64,000 nucleotides of DNA from Mytilus californianus. Lineage: Eukaryota. Of this stretch, positions 63,561-64,000 are shown one piece after another; within the stretch, counting starts at the first letter, position 1; every line of letters begins with the position of its first letter. The stretch spans positions 67,580,001 to 67,644,000 of the forward strand of contig NW_026262701.1 in the NCBI RefSeq assembly GCF_021869535.1, given 5' to 3'. The translations under genes were made by a program, and so were the position numbers. A model generated the notes under the pieces. That model was not told the DNA's origin, ran no database searches, and saw nothing but the letters and a program-made list of their open reading frames with translations.

Positions 63561-64000
63561 TTTCCCGGGTCACAAAAAAGATTATGATAGACATGGTTGT
63601 GCAACCTTTCCTAACTAACTTGATACGGAAAATGTAATTTTATATATATTATTTTTTAAATAACTAGTACTAATAGTATGGTCTGTTGTTTTGAAACTGT
63701 TTTGTTTACGAAGTATTTAAAACAAGAAATTGAAATTAGTTAAAAAGTCAAAGTTATAAATAAGTGTTCCGCGTAAAATTGTTTTTGAAAATCTAGTTTG
63801 TTCATAATTGTTTTATGTAATAAACTTTTTAAAATAAATTCGGACCTTCCCTTATCTGATCACCAGAATGGCTAAAGGAATTGTTCCCAGAGGTATTTTG
63901 AGGTGACACGTACAGGTATTCAAGCGATTTCCTGTCGGGCTTTAAAACTGTTATTACACAATTACATAAAACAAGTTCGTGCATCACTTCTTTTCTGGGG

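Overview
AT-rich eukaryotic genomic DNA, most likely a marine mussel (Mytilus-like; inferred from the repeat families, not from a database search). Four spliced protein-coding genes can be reconstructed by hand. (1,2) A tandem pair of intact 10-exon minus-strand paralogues (CDS 8027-14775, 419 aa; CDS 21831-26582, 412 aa; about 70-75% identical by manual alignment). They encode a long helical domain, a linker and a degenerate SH3-like C-terminus, best read as a highly divergent F-BAR+SH3 (PSTPIP/PACSIN/NOSTRIN-type) architecture, and are mostly invisible in the ORF track. (3) Prefoldin subunit 4 (PFDN4, + strand, 4 exons, 134 aa), whose third intron is a minor-spliceosome U12 AT-AC intron. (4) A minus-strand multi-C2H2 zinc-finger gene (51247-54563, first coding exon not located). 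The rest is a dense mosaic of degraded LINEs (CR1/L2-type), Penelope-like RT fragments, Helentron/HINE-like non-autonomous elements carrying internal tandem arrays, foldback/palindromic MITEs and an abundant mussel-type interspersed repeat, often nested. No tRNA, rRNA or CRISPR array was seen.
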